This document shows positions 10,242-19,982 of a stretch of DNA of 64,000 nt, piece by piece (position 1 is the stretch's first letter; each line of letters begins with the position of its first letter). Location of the stretch: IMG/VR virus record IMGVR_UViG_2917461297_000001, positions 56,643 to 120,642 of that record. One strand, written 5' to 3'. Both the position numbers and the translations under genes were made by a program. This DNA is from a virus. Taxonomy: Duplodnaviria > Heunggongvirae > Uroviricota > Caudoviricetes. The notes beneath the pieces were generated by a model. It did not search any database. It was not told the origin of the DNA and saw only the letters and a program-made list of their open reading frames with translations.

Positions 10242-11216
10242 ATGTCATTAGATATTTTTAACCCAACTATTTCAGTAATTCCGAAAGGTTTAGAAGGTAA
10301 GTCGTTTTTATTATACGGTCAAAACTCATCAGGTAAAACTAAACAAGCAGCCGCAATGAGTAAACCATTCTATTTAGGTTTCGAGAAAGGGTTGAATGCT
10401 ATTTCTGGTATTCCTTTTCACTATGTAACTAAGTGGTCAGATTTCAAAAAGATTAATAAGCAATTAACTGGCAAAGATGTTAAAAAAGCTCGTGAAGCAT
10501 ACAGTACAATCATTTTTGATACAGTTGACATTGCCGCTATTTATTGCCAAAGATATGTGGCTAATCAACACGGTGCGGCTGATGTGGCAAGCGGCAACGG
10601 AGGTTATGGATTGTGGCAACAATACAAGGAAGAATTTTGGGGAGAAATTGATAAATTAACTTCAGTTGGATACACGGTCGTATTTATCGGACATGAAAAA
10701 GTGGACGAAAATGGCAAAATCATTCCAGCAGGTGATATTCGTTCAATGGGTACTGTACGTGATTTAGCTGATATTGTTGTGTACTTAAAAACAAACGGAG
10801 TAGATGACGAGGGTAATGTTATCTTGTCTACTGGATATGTACGTGAGACTGACGAATACTTTGCACGCTCCCGCTTTGACTTAATGCCTAATATGATTGA
10901 ACCATTTACAGCTGAAAACCTTGAAGAAGCGGTACGTATTGGTGTAGAACGTGCCGAACAAGCAGGTGGTAAAGCAGTTACATATGAGGAATTTGTTGAA
11001 AATACAAGTTCTGAAGAATTAAACTTCGGTGAGTTACAAGAAAAATTAATTGGTTTAGGAAAAGCGTATATGGAAGCTGGGCGTTTAGAAGAATTTACTG
11101 AGTTAATGGACGATACTTTTGGTGAGGGTACTAGGGTACATGAACTGAAAGAAAAACAAACAGAAGCAATGGCTGTTATTGTTGATGACTTAACAGACAA
11201 ATTAAAGTCTGAATAA
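10242..11216 (+). CDS. RecA-like / Sak4-like AAA ATPase
   Basis: Walker A GQNSSGKT near the N-terminus; a Walker B-like hhhhD stretch (IIFDTVD); same position as SPbeta yorG. Confidence 0.45.
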   Translation: MSLDIFNPTISVIPKGLEGKSFLLYGQNSSGKTKQAAAMSKPFYLGFEKGLNAISGIPFHYVTKWSDFKKINKQLTGKDVKKAREAYSTIIFDTVDIAAIYCQRYVANQHGAADVASGNGGYGLWQQYKEEFWGEIDKLTSVGYTVVFIGHEKVDENGKIIPAGDIRSMGTVRDLADIVVYLKTNGVDDEGNVILSTGYVRETDEYFARSRFDLMPNMIEPFTAENLEEAVRIGVERAEQAGGKAVTYEEFVENTSSEELNFGELQEKLIGLGKAYMEAGRLEEFTELMDDTFGEGTRVHELKEKQTEAMAVIVDDLTDKLKSE

Positions 11217-11286
11217 ACATTCTTAAAGTCTCAGTGGTATCGCTACGCTGCTGAGACTTACTCCTAAATGTAAGTTGGTGAACTAA

Positions 11287-11781
11287 ATGGCTAACGTTAA
11301 ATGCCCATACTGTGAACAACAAGATAGCAAAGAAAACATGATTAAAGTTGGTAGAAGATACTGGCATGAAACTTGTAGAGAACAATTTATTAACGAGCAG
11401 AACGAAGAAGAAAAACGCAAATTACAAGACAAAGAAGAATATAAAGAGTTAATTGAGTATGTGTGTGCTTTATTTAATACCGATAAACCATCTGGATTTG
11501 TATTAAAACAAATTCAAACATATCATAATAAACCTTACGGATACAGATACAAAGCAATTAAGATGGCTCTAGAATATTTCTTTGATATAAAAAACAATTC
11601 TACTAGAAACTCTAAAGGTATCGGTATTCTTCCGTATATTTATGATGAAGCGGCAGACTTTTATCGTAATCTAGTGAGAATACAAAACACAGAAGTAAAA
11701 AACAAAGAAGAAGTTAAAGAAGTTGTCGTTAAAAAAGTGAAAAAGAATAAAAAGAGAAAGTTTGATTTGAATGAATTGTAG
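11287..11781 (+). CDS. zinc-ribbon containing hypothetical protein
   Basis: N-terminal CPYC...HETC; lysine-rich C-terminus. Confidence 0.35.
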   Translation: MANVKCPYCEQQDSKENMIKVGRRYWHETCREQFINEQNEEEKRKLQDKEEYKELIEYVCALFNTDKPSGFVLKQIQTYHNKPYGYRYKAIKMALEYFFDIKNNSTRNSKGIGILPYIYDEAADFYRNLVRIQNTEVKNKEEVKEVVVKKVKKNKKRKFDLNEL

Positions 11782-11794
11782 AGGAAGTGGATAG

Positions 11795-13354
11795 ATGGAC
11801 TTGTTTCCTAACTCAAACGTATGTAGCGCTTTAGCTTGCTTGATGAAAAAGCCTACGTTGATTGAGGAGAGCAAAATAAAATTAGAAAAAAATGATTTTA
11901 TAGCTAAGGGTGAGAGTAAGTTTTACTATATTATTTACTCAGCAATAGCTAATTTGTTCATGGACGGTATGAGAGAGGAAGTTACTCCCGCAGCAGTTGA
12001 TGAATTTTTAAGTCATTATGACGAACCATATAAGATATTCACACAAAACGACGGTGTTGAATTTTTATATAATGTTATTTCAACATTAGGAAGCCCAGAT
12101 TCTTATCATCGACATGCAACACGAATTCGTAAGTTTACTATTTTAAGAGAAGCAGTAAATTTAGGGTTTGGTCTTGAAGATGTTTATGAAACGTCAGATG
12201 ATGATGAAGAGAACACAGCGTTACAAAATAGATTTGAACATTTAAGTGTCGATGACATTATAGAGCATTATGAAAGAATTGTGAATGAGTTTGCTAGTAA
12301 GTTTAAAATCGGTTATGAGACTGAAGGAGGAGTTGCTGGTGAAAATGGTTTACAGTTGTTCAATAGCTTTAAAGAAGAGCCACAATACGGGGTTTCAACT
12401 TGTGGGAAACTGCAAAACAAGATATTCAGAGGACAATTATTAGGTGCTTCAATGTTACGCTCAGCTTCCACCAATACCTTTAAATCACGTACATCTTTAG
12501 GAGAAGCCACTGATTTAGCAATCACAAAATGGTACAACTGGAAAACAGGTGAGTGGGAAAGTAAAGGCACATCTGAGAAAGTGTTATACATAACTACCGA
12601 GATGGAGCAAGAGGAATTAGAGCCGACAATTTGGGCTTATATTAGTGGTGTACCAGAAGAACGTATTAAGGATTATAACTTATCACCAGAAGAAGTGAGA
12701 GTTATTGAAGAATCAATTCAAGAGTTAAACGACTGTAAATCATTTTACATCGAGTACATTCCACAATTTGAGCCAACAACAATCAACGCAATCATTAAGA
12801 AGTACGTAACTCAATATAATGTTGAATATGTATTTTTTGATTACATTCACTTAAATTTCCAAGTAATGATGGAAATGGCGAGCAAAACTCGTGGCATGAC
12901 TACCCGTGAAGATATGATTTTAGGTATCTTTGCAGCCGGATTAGCCGAAATTGCAAAAGAACATAACGTGCACCTTTCAACTTCTACACAGGTTAATGGC
13001 GAAGCGGTGCATAGCAAGAAATTAGACCAAAACGTATTACGTGGTGCCAAGAATATGGCAGACAAATTTACAAAAGGTATTGTTATGACTAGACCGACGA
13101 GCGAAGATGACAAGATTATAGAAGCAATTATGGGTAAGTTAAAAGGTGTAAACAAGAAGCCTAATATGATTTGGCACATCTATAAGAATCGTCACTCAAA
13201 ATATAAAGGTAAACTATATCTTTACGTTGACTTCGATACTATGCGAATGGAAGATTTGTTTATGACTGATGATAGAGATGAGTTTATGGAAGTTACACCA
13301 CTTGAATTATTGGTTCAAGAGGAAGAAAAAGAAGAAGAAACACTACCATTTTAA
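11795..13354 (+). CDS. DnaB-like replicative helicase family protein
   Basis: VLYITTEMEQEELEPTIWAY resembles the DnaB SLEMS region; has an N-terminal DnaB-like helical domain; the Walker A lysine is not evident; C-terminus EEETLPF. Confidence 0.5.
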   Translation: MDLFPNSNVCSALACLMKKPTLIEESKIKLEKNDFIAKGESKFYYIIYSAIANLFMDGMREEVTPAAVDEFLSHYDEPYKIFTQNDGVEFLYNVISTLGSPDSYHRHATRIRKFTILREAVNLGFGLEDVYETSDDDEENTALQNRFEHLSVDDIIEHYERIVNEFASKFKIGYETEGGVAGENGLQLFNSFKEEPQYGVSTCGKLQNKIFRGQLLGASMLRSASTNTFKSRTSLGEATDLAITKWYNWKTGEWESKGTSEKVLYITTEMEQEELEPTIWAYISGVPEERIKDYNLSPEEVRVIEESIQELNDCKSFYIEYIPQFEPTTINAIIKKYVTQYNVEYVFFDYIHLNFQVMMEMASKTRGMTTREDMILGIFAAGLAEIAKEHNVHLSTSTQVNGEAVHSKKLDQNVLRGAKNMADKFTKGIVMTRPTSEDDKIIEAIMGKLKGVNKKPNMIWHIYKNRHSKYKGKLYLYVDFDTMRMEDLFMTDDRDEFMEVTPLELLVQEEEKEEETLPF

Positions 13355-13368
13355 AGTGGTGACATAAA

Positions 13369-14484
13369 ATGTTCGATAAAGATAAATTCAAAGAAACATT
13401 AAGCATAGAAGAAATTCAGAAAGTACTTACATATTATGGGGCTAGTCACCACGTTAATACGAAAGGTGAAATAGTTTCCGAGACAATTTGCCACAATAGA
13501 GCTGGTGGTTCACATAAGCTATATTATTATCCAGACACACATACTTTTTATTGTTACACACATTGTGGTGCATTTGATATATACGATTTAATTATTAAAG
13601 TCAATAAAACTCGAGGAAGTAAAATTGACTTTAATCAAGCGATAAAAATTTTAGGAGAGATATTAGGAAGAAAGATTGACTTTAGTAGAAAAGTTAAAGG
13701 TGTTCAACTTGAGGTCAAACTTATCGATGATTGGGCTTGGCTGAATAGACTCAAGCCTAAAACTCAATTTATTCCTGATTTAAACATAATTAACAAAAGT
13801 ATAATGAAGTATTTTGACGAAATGTATCCGAGCGCTTGGGTAGAAGAGGGCATAAGCCTTGAAACTATGGAAAAATACGGGATTAGGTTTTACCCTGAAA
13901 TGAACCAAACTATTATCCCTCACCTCGATGGTGAGGGAAATCTGATTGGCATACGTAGTCGAAACTGGCGTAAAGACTTAATAAAGAAAGCTAAGTATAT
14001 TCCCACCTACATTGGTGAGAGAGGTTTCAATCACCCGTTAGGTTATGCATTGTACGGTTTGTTTCAAAACAAGGAGGCTATTAAAAAGAAAAAGAAAGTC
14101 ATGATTGTTGAGGGAGAAAAATCATGCTTATTTTCTGACACTTTTTATGGTGATAACAATTTTGTGGTAGCAATTTGTGGCTCAAATATGAGTAGGTACC
14201 AAGCTAATTTGTTACTAGATTTACAAGTTGAGGAAGTAATCATAGCAATGGATAAAGAATACATGATTGTTGATTCTCCTGACTATGATGAATATATGAA
14301 GAAGATAAGAAAGATAGCGAAATTATTCGCTCCTTACTGTACAACGTATCATTTAACTGATACTAAAAATAGATTGTGGCTTAAAGAGAGTCCATTAGAT
14401 TTAAATAAAGAAGAATTAGAGTTAATGATGAAAGAAGATAAACATTTAATAACACTGAAAGACTTAGAGGAGACACAAACATGA
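13369..14484 (+). CDS. DNA primase (CHC2 zinc finger + TOPRIM)
   Basis: CHNRAGGSHKLYYYPDTHTFYCYTHCG zinc finger; TOPRIM residues VMIVEGEKS and IAMDKE. Confidence 0.7.
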   Translation: MFDKDKFKETLSIEEIQKVLTYYGASHHVNTKGEIVSETICHNRAGGSHKLYYYPDTHTFYCYTHCGAFDIYDLIIKVNKTRGSKIDFNQAIKILGEILGRKIDFSRKVKGVQLEVKLIDDWAWLNRLKPKTQFIPDLNIINKSIMKYFDEMYPSAWVEEGISLETMEKYGIRFYPEMNQTIIPHLDGEGNLIGIRSRNWRKDLIKKAKYIPTYIGERGFNHPLGYALYGLFQNKEAIKKKKKVMIVEGEKSCLFSDTFYGDNNFVVAICGSNMSRYQANLLLDLQVEEVIIAMDKEYMIVDSPDYDEYMKKIRKIAKLFAPYCTTYHLTDTKNRLWLKESPLDLNKEELELMMKEDKHLITLKDLEETQT

Positions 14485-16235
14485 AAGTAAAATTAAAAAA
14501 TGATGTTAGTGTTGACAATAATATCGAACAGGTGTTAATGAACAGGGGGATTAAGAGTAACTTAATAAAGAGTTATCTTAGCCCCCAAAGTCATTTAATG
14601 CCAGATTACAGCAAACTAAAAAATATTGAAGCGGCTATCGAGCTATTGAATAAACACGTTAAAAATAAAAGTAAAATTGCATTAACTGTAGACGTTGACA
14701 TGGACGGCTTAACAAGTGCTGGGATTATTTATAAATATTTAGTGAATTACATTGAATATGATAAAGAGTTAATTAAATTAATCATGCCTAAAGGAAAAAT
14801 ACATGGAATTCTCGTTGACAGAGTTTTAAATGAGATTGAGTCTGGTGACTTATTAATTGTAACAGACGCTGGTTCAAGCGACTTTAAAGAACATAGACAG
14901 TTATACGAGCAAGGAATTAATTGTGTTGTGGTTGACCACCATCTAGCATCAGAAGAAGAAACGCCAGCCATAATCGTAAACAATCAGTTATCACCTGAGT
15001 TTGAAAACAAAGGGCTAACTGGCTCAGCTATGACGTATCTTTTTTGCACTGCATATAGCGATAAATATGAATTAAAAGAACCAAAAGAATTACTAGATTT
15101 AGCAGCTATTGGTTTGGTTGCTGATAGAGCTGACTTTTCTGTTGACTTAGGCGCTTACTATATAATGAGAAGTGGGCTAAAGAAACAAAATATTCATAGC
15201 AAATTATTGAAAAAGGTTATTGAAAAGAACGGAAATATGGAAGAAGATGCTGATTTGAACGCTACTGATATTAGTTTTAACGTTGCACCAATTTTTAACT
15301 CAGTGTTTCGTATGGGCAAGCCTGAGGAAGTAGAGCAGGTTATTCATGGAATGTGTGAGTTTGATTACGAGATATATAACTCAAGAAAGAAGATAAATCA
15401 AAGCATTATTGAAGAAGCATATCTTAGAGCCATGTCAGTAAAACGTCGTCAAAAGAAACAAGAAGACGAAGTTATGGAAAAAATTAAGGAACGTATTAAT
15501 GAGAAAGGTTCTGACAAGTTCAAAATCTTAATTGTTAATGCTAATGGTATTATTGAAGATAATGGATTAACCGGCTTAGTAGCTATGAAATTAGTGAGAG
15601 AGTACAATAAACCAGTGTTATTGGTTAAACAAAAAGGAGAATTATTTAAAGGTTCGGCACGTAATTTATCCAACTCGCCAATAAAAGATTTAAATAAGTT
15701 TTTAACTGACACAGGGAAGTTTATTTGTAGAGGTCATGCAAATGCGTTTGGCGTCGAGTTTGAACTGAATGATGCATTAGAAATACAGACAATTATTGAG
15801 TCTGAGTTAATTGATGTTGATTTTGATGATGTAGAATACGAGGTTGATTTTATTTGGTCAAACTTTGTAGATATGAATGTTATTCTTGATTTAGCAGAGC
15901 AGAAAGATATGTGGTGCAATGGCATTGACGAGCCGCTTATCTATCTAAAGAATATTTACATGAAGAAAAGTGATTTCAATTTTATTGGTAAGACTGGTAG
16001 TACTCTAAAATTGCAAGTACAAGGCGTAGATTGTATCAAGTTTAGAATTTCGGAAGATGAAAAGAGTGAAATCGCACTTGCTGATGACACTGTGTTTATC
16101 GATATGGTATGCACAGCTAGTGTAAACAGCTATAAAGGCAGAAATACACCACAGTTGATGATTGAAGATTTTACAATTAAGTCGGCACAAGAACAAGTAG
16201 GTAGTGCATTATGCTTAGATGATTTACCATTTTAA
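14481..16235 (+). CDS. RecJ-like DHH-family ssDNA exonuclease
   Basis: DHH motifs VDVDMDG and VVVDHHL; DHHA1 GH in CRGHANAFG; C-terminus LDDLPF; synteny with SPbeta yorK. Confidence 0.7.
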   Translation: MKVKLKNDVSVDNNIEQVLMNRGIKSNLIKSYLSPQSHLMPDYSKLKNIEAAIELLNKHVKNKSKIALTVDVDMDGLTSAGIIYKYLVNYIEYDKELIKLIMPKGKIHGILVDRVLNEIESGDLLIVTDAGSSDFKEHRQLYEQGINCVVVDHHLASEEETPAIIVNNQLSPEFENKGLTGSAMTYLFCTAYSDKYELKEPKELLDLAAIGLVADRADFSVDLGAYYIMRSGLKKQNIHSKLLKKVIEKNGNMEEDADLNATDISFNVAPIFNSVFRMGKPEEVEQVIHGMCEFDYEIYNSRKKINQSIIEEAYLRAMSVKRRQKKQEDEVMEKIKERINEKGSDKFKILIVNANGIIEDNGLTGLVAMKLVREYNKPVLLVKQKGELFKGSARNLSNSPIKDLNKFLTDTGKFICRGHANAFGVEFELNDALEIQTIIESELIDVDFDDVEYEVDFIWSNFVDMNVILDLAEQKDMWCNGIDEPLIYLKNIYMKKSDFNFIGKTGSTLKLQVQGVDCIKFRISEDEKSEIALADDTVFIDMVCTASVNSYKGRNTPQLMIEDFTIKSAQEQVGSALCLDDLPF

Positions 16236-16254
16236 AAATAAATTAATAAAAACG

Positions 16255-16283
16255 TTGACAAAGAAAAAATGTTGATATATAAT
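16255..16283 (+). promoter_or_regulatory. strong sigma-A promoter (TTGACA, 17 nt, TATAAT)
   Basis: TTGACA at 16255-16260, 17-nt spacer, TATAAT at 16278-16283; the AAATAAATTAAT motif lies 7 nt upstream. Confidence 0.65.
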
Positions 16284-16582
16284 TTAGTCATAAGGTAAAA
16301 ACAGGAGATAAACAATGAGTAATCATTGGTTTGTGTTGATAATCTCACCTTATCAATATTCTCGAATGATTAGTCTTTAATAATTAAATTTAGTCTAATA
16401 GGGATTAACTCCCTATACGCTCATGCACATAGTTTGTGGTATTATTGATACACAGGTGCAATTCCTGTATGTGAGCCCCAAAACACATAGTAAATGTAAT
16501 CAGGCGTTTAGTATTTCTAACCTTATACTAGACGCCAACTTTTAAAAGAATAGAAATAAATTAATATATAAGAGGTATAAAA

Positions 16583-16996
16583 ATGGATAAGGATACAAAA
16601 TTCTATAAAACGCATAATTCATTTAATTTAAGAAACGAGCATTTTGAAAGATTGGTGCGGTTGAGTAAATTACATAACCAGAACAGAAAAGCGTTTGCAC
16701 CAGAATTAAGAGATTCCGTTACTTTCAAAGAAGCGGAGATTATCTTCAAACTCCCGCCCAATACCATAACTAGAGATTTCAGTCGAGGTTTAGTGAATCA
16801 AAATAGAATTAGAAAAAGTGCGGGAGTCTGGTTAATTTCACTCAGAGAAGCAAAAAAACTTTACGAGAACTACTGGAGTAGACGAGCACGTGTGAATAAT
16901 AGTCATCTATACTCTTCGTTAGACGGTGTTAAAATGAGTGAGACAGAATATTACATTAAGCAAGGAACTGAAAGGGAGGAAGAAAATGAATATTAA
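16583..16996 (+). CDS. hypothetical protein
   Basis: 137-aa ORF with RBS AAGAGGTATAAAAATG. Confidence 0.4.
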   Translation: MDKDTKFYKTHNSFNLRNEHFERLVRLSKLHNQNRKAFAPELRDSVTFKEAEIIFKLPPNTITRDFSRGLVNQNRIRKSAGVWLISLREAKKLYENYWSRRARVNNSHLYSSLDGVKMSETEYYIKQGTEREEENEY

Positions 16997-17399
16997 CATT
17001 AATAAGAAAGTAAGGCTATCAGAGTTATTGGAGATTGCTTGGGAAGAAGATTTTAGCGAACGTACATTTGTAGGAAACGAGAAAACAAAGGTTTATTTTG
17101 ATTCGGACGGCTATGTTACCGTAAGTCAAAAGTTTACGTCTGAGGAAGAGTTTGATGTAACAACAAGCAAATCAGTTGATAAAGATACAATTCTTAATCG
17201 AGTCGATATTGTGATTAATAATAGCGGCGTAGGAAATAAAGCAGAATCATTAGGAAAATTAATTACAATCACACAAAGCAATGTGTCTATTAACGGTGTG
17301 TTGAATAATAATCCTAATGTGACTTCGATTATTTATACTGATGACAGAGGGATTGCTACAACAATCTGGAGTTTTGAAGAAGAAAAAGAAATAAATTAA
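16986..17399 (+). CDS. hypothetical protein, paralog family MxIxxKK
   Basis: Start moved to ATG 16986 (RBS GGGAGGAAG); the N-terminus MNININKKVRLSELLEIAWEED is paralogous to ORFs 19611 and 19972. Confidence 0.45.
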   Translation: MNININKKVRLSELLEIAWEEDFSERTFVGNEKTKVYFDSDGYVTVSQKFTSEEEFDVTTSKSVDKDTILNRVDIVINNSGVGNKAESLGKLITITQSNVSINGVLNNNPNVTSIIYTDDRGIATTIWSFEEEKEIN

Positions 17400-17454
17400 T
17401 TTATATTGACAAGTAGAGTGGATAATAGAAAACAAAATTGGGAGTTGATTAGAA

Positions 17455-17781
17455 ATGGAAGTACTAATTGAACATTATGTGACGTTCGGGAAGTGGGATT
17501 CTGAAACTTTGGTTGAGGAGTATGTAACAGATGATTCCGAAGAAACTCGTAAAGAGATTGTTGAAGATATAAACTACAGTTGGTGTTTTCAGAAAGACAA
17601 TTTTATTAATGGAGAAATTGATATGGTTGATTACGAAAGAGACGGAGGAGATTGGGACGAACCAACAGGTGGTTATATAAAAGTAACTTCATATCAAGAT
17701 AAGCTAGAAGAATTGCAAAATCAATTTGATAGAGACCTTGCAAGGTTGAAAGGACAATTTGGAGTTTTTGAAAAATCATGA
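17455..17781 (+). CDS. hypothetical acidic protein
   Basis: 108-aa ORF with RBS GGGAG. Confidence 0.4.
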   Translation: MEVLIEHYVTFGKWDSETLVEEYVTDDSEETRKEIVEDINYSWCFQKDNFINGEIDMVDYERDGGDWDEPTGGYIKVTSYQDKLEELQNQFDRDLARLKGQFGVFEKS

Positions 17782-17879
17782 AAAATAAATTAATTGATAA
17801 GGAGTGGTGGTATGAGTGAGAAAAGTCGTTATTGGGATAAGAAAGATATTTTAGAACGTGTAAAAGAGGCGTTAGGACG

Positions 17880-18107
17880 ATGAGTAAATCTTACAAGAAT
17901 ACAATTTTTATCACAACGTTAGATGACAAAAACGAAGAAATTATATCGGCAATCAGAGATGTGCAAAAAGTTGAATGGAATGATACTTTGCTTAGACTTT
18001 TTATTACATATAAAGATGGCGATACCCAATTATTCTTTTTAGACCACTTTAAAGAAAGTTTACTAAGTTTACAATTCGGCAGTGATATTAAGTTTAATGA
18101 GTATTAA
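17880..18107 (+). CDS. hypothetical protein
   Basis: 75-aa ORF. Confidence 0.3.
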   Translation: MSKSYKNTIFITTLDDKNEEIISAIRDVQKVEWNDTLLRLFITYKDGDTQLFFLDHFKESLLSLQFGSDIKFNEY

Positions 18108-18127
18108 GGAATACGAGGAGAATAATT

Positions 18128-18682
18128 ATGGTAAAGATTTATATTATCGAAGAACAAATAACTGAGTATGTTTTTAATGAATATGACGATTTTGATACAA
18201 CTTATTACAACAATGTTATTGGTTACACTGATTCTTTGAAAGAAGCAGAGTTTATTAGAGATAATTACGGTACTGATTATAAAATCGTTATAAACGAATA
18301 TCCTTATTTAAACAAAGAGATACTTATCGAAAAACAACGATACTATAAATACTGGTTTAATATTGAGTTGAAAAGAGTTGGTGGGCATTTTCGTATATAT
18401 GAAGTGGGTAAAGTTGAGAAAGAGAAAATTTTCAATAATGAAAAAAAAGATATTAAATTCAATGAATTAAATTTACAATGTTCTGACGATACTTATTTTA
18501 ATAAAAATAAAATTTCAGTTTATGCAAAACTATACTTACTGGGAGAAAATGAGGAAGCGTTTGTGCACCTGAAAAAAGACAGTTTAGTGCAAAAGATTCA
18601 ATTTCTCTTAAAGCATAGTATGAAAGCTGATATACAAAGTAAAAAAGAAATTATGAAAGCTATTGAAAAGTTAGGAGAGTAA
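18128..18682 (+). CDS. hypothetical protein
   Basis: 184-aa ORF with RBS GAGGAGAA. Confidence 0.4.
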   Translation: MVKIYIIEEQITEYVFNEYDDFDTTYYNNVIGYTDSLKEAEFIRDNYGTDYKIVINEYPYLNKEILIEKQRYYKYWFNIELKRVGGHFRIYEVGKVEKEKIFNNEKKDIKFNELNLQCSDDTYFNKNKISVYAKLYLLGENEEAFVHLKKDSLVQKIQFLLKHSMKADIQSKKEIMKAIEKLGE

Positions 18683-18687
18683 ATAAT

Positions 18688-19017
18688 ATGAAACAAGTTA
18701 TGACAGGACGTGGCACAGGTAAGACAGAACAAACAGTTTTGATGATGCAAGAGAATAAAAAGTTATATACAATTTTACCAACGTATCATTACAGATTACC
18801 TATTCGTCATACGTGTAAGAAGCTAGAACTGACAGAAGTAGAAACTAGAGAAATACTAGATAGAACGGTAACACTTGATGAACTACTGGAGCATGACTTC
18901 CCTGTAGATTCACAAATTCATATTGAGGAAGCAGACGCAGTGTTACGAAGTCTGTTAAGAATTCAGTTTAATACAATGACAACAAGCCATTGGTCTGTAC
19001 AAAAATTTGAGGAGTAA
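18688..19017 (+). CDS. hypothetical protein
   Basis: 109-aa ORF with RBS GGAGAG. Confidence 0.4.
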   Translation: MKQVMTGRGTGKTEQTVLMMQENKKLYTILPTYHYRLPIRHTCKKLELTEVETREILDRTVTLDELLEHDFPVDSQIHIEEADAVLRSLLRIQFNTMTTSHWSVQKFEE

Positions 19018-19233
19018 AGATAAATGCCAGATAGCGAAGAAACTTACTACGTAATTGAAATTGGTTTTGACATTTTTGGTAGAGAAAATAAGAGAGTATA
19101 TAATTCATATTCAAAGAAAGAAGTAGCAGAAGATGTTGCTGATAGATTAAACGCTAGTTGTTTTAACTGAGGCGAAAATTATTTCATAGTGATGAGCGCT
19201 AAGAATTATTTAAAAATTTAAGGAGTGTTTGAG

Positions 19234-19614
19234 ATGATACCAAAATTTAGGGCATGGGAAAAAACTGAAAATCTAATGTCAGATGTTCGTGAAATCAACA
19301 TTTTTGATAAATATGTCGAGCTAGAAAATGGTGCATTTAGAGGACTTGATGAGGTTGTTTTAATGCGGTCAACAGGACTACATGACAAGAATGGTATAGA
19401 GATTTTTGAGGGAGACATAGTGAAGTTCTCAGCAGAGCATGATGGATTAAGTAAGGTTCCACGCAATATAAAATACGAGATTGCTATTGAAGATTTAGTA
19501 GCTTTAATTAAAAATATGGAAAATAAATTGGTATTAAGAATGGTTAATCAAGAAATGGAAACCGTCGGCAACATACACGAACATAGGGAATTATTACAGG
19601 AGGAACGACGATGA
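19234..19614 (+). CDS. YopX-family protein
   Basis: C-terminal TVGNIHEHRELLQEE matches the YopX signature GNI[YH]xNPELL; start moved to ATG 19234 for RBS spacing. Confidence 0.55.
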   Translation: MIPKFRAWEKTENLMSDVREINIFDKYVELENGAFRGLDEVVLMRSTGLHDKNGIEIFEGDIVKFSAEHDGLSKVPRNIKYEIAIEDLVALIKNMENKLVLRMVNQEMETVGNIHEHRELLQEERR

Positions 19615-19982
19615 AGATAAAAGTAAAAAAGGAATTTAAACTATTAGAACTTTTTGAATACATTAAAAAAAATGAGGTAGCAGACAAAGTGTTTTTTGAT
19701 AATAAAGGCAAAGGAAAAGTGGTGGTTGGTGATGATAGATACCTTTATATGACTGACTTAAACCTAACTGACACCTTCACCGTCGAAGTAGAAGAAGAGC
19801 TGAATATGGAAACAGATATACCAGTATTAATTGAATTGAATCGTGGAGAATTTCACTTTCATTATGATTCTTTTTTAAGAGGGGAGAAAAACTGTAATTC
19901 AGATGCTTTTTATATATTAAACAATGATATGACTATGACTCTATTATGGACGAGAAACGGGGAATTAGTAAATGAAAATTAA
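19611..19982 (+). CDS. hypothetical protein, paralog family MKIKVKK
   Basis: N-terminus MKIKVKKEFKLLELFEYI; paralog of ORFs 19972 and 16986. Confidence 0.45.
   Translation: MKIKVKKEFKLLELFEYIKKNEVADKVFFDNKGKGKVVVGDDRYLYMTDLNLTDTFTVEVEEELNMETDIPVLIELNRGEFHFHYDSFLRGEKNCNSDAFYILNNDMTMTLLWTRNGELVNEN

Noticed and set aside
10604-11200. 198-aa minus-strand ORF inside the ATPase gene
   Set aside because: It is antisense to a well-supported + strand gene (Walker A), has a serine-rich low-complexity translation and no RBS.
11232-11263. Hairpin AGTCTCAG(16-nt loop)CTGAGACT after the ATPase gene as a terminator
   Set aside because: No downstream U-tract. It may be an RNA structure but is not a canonical terminator.
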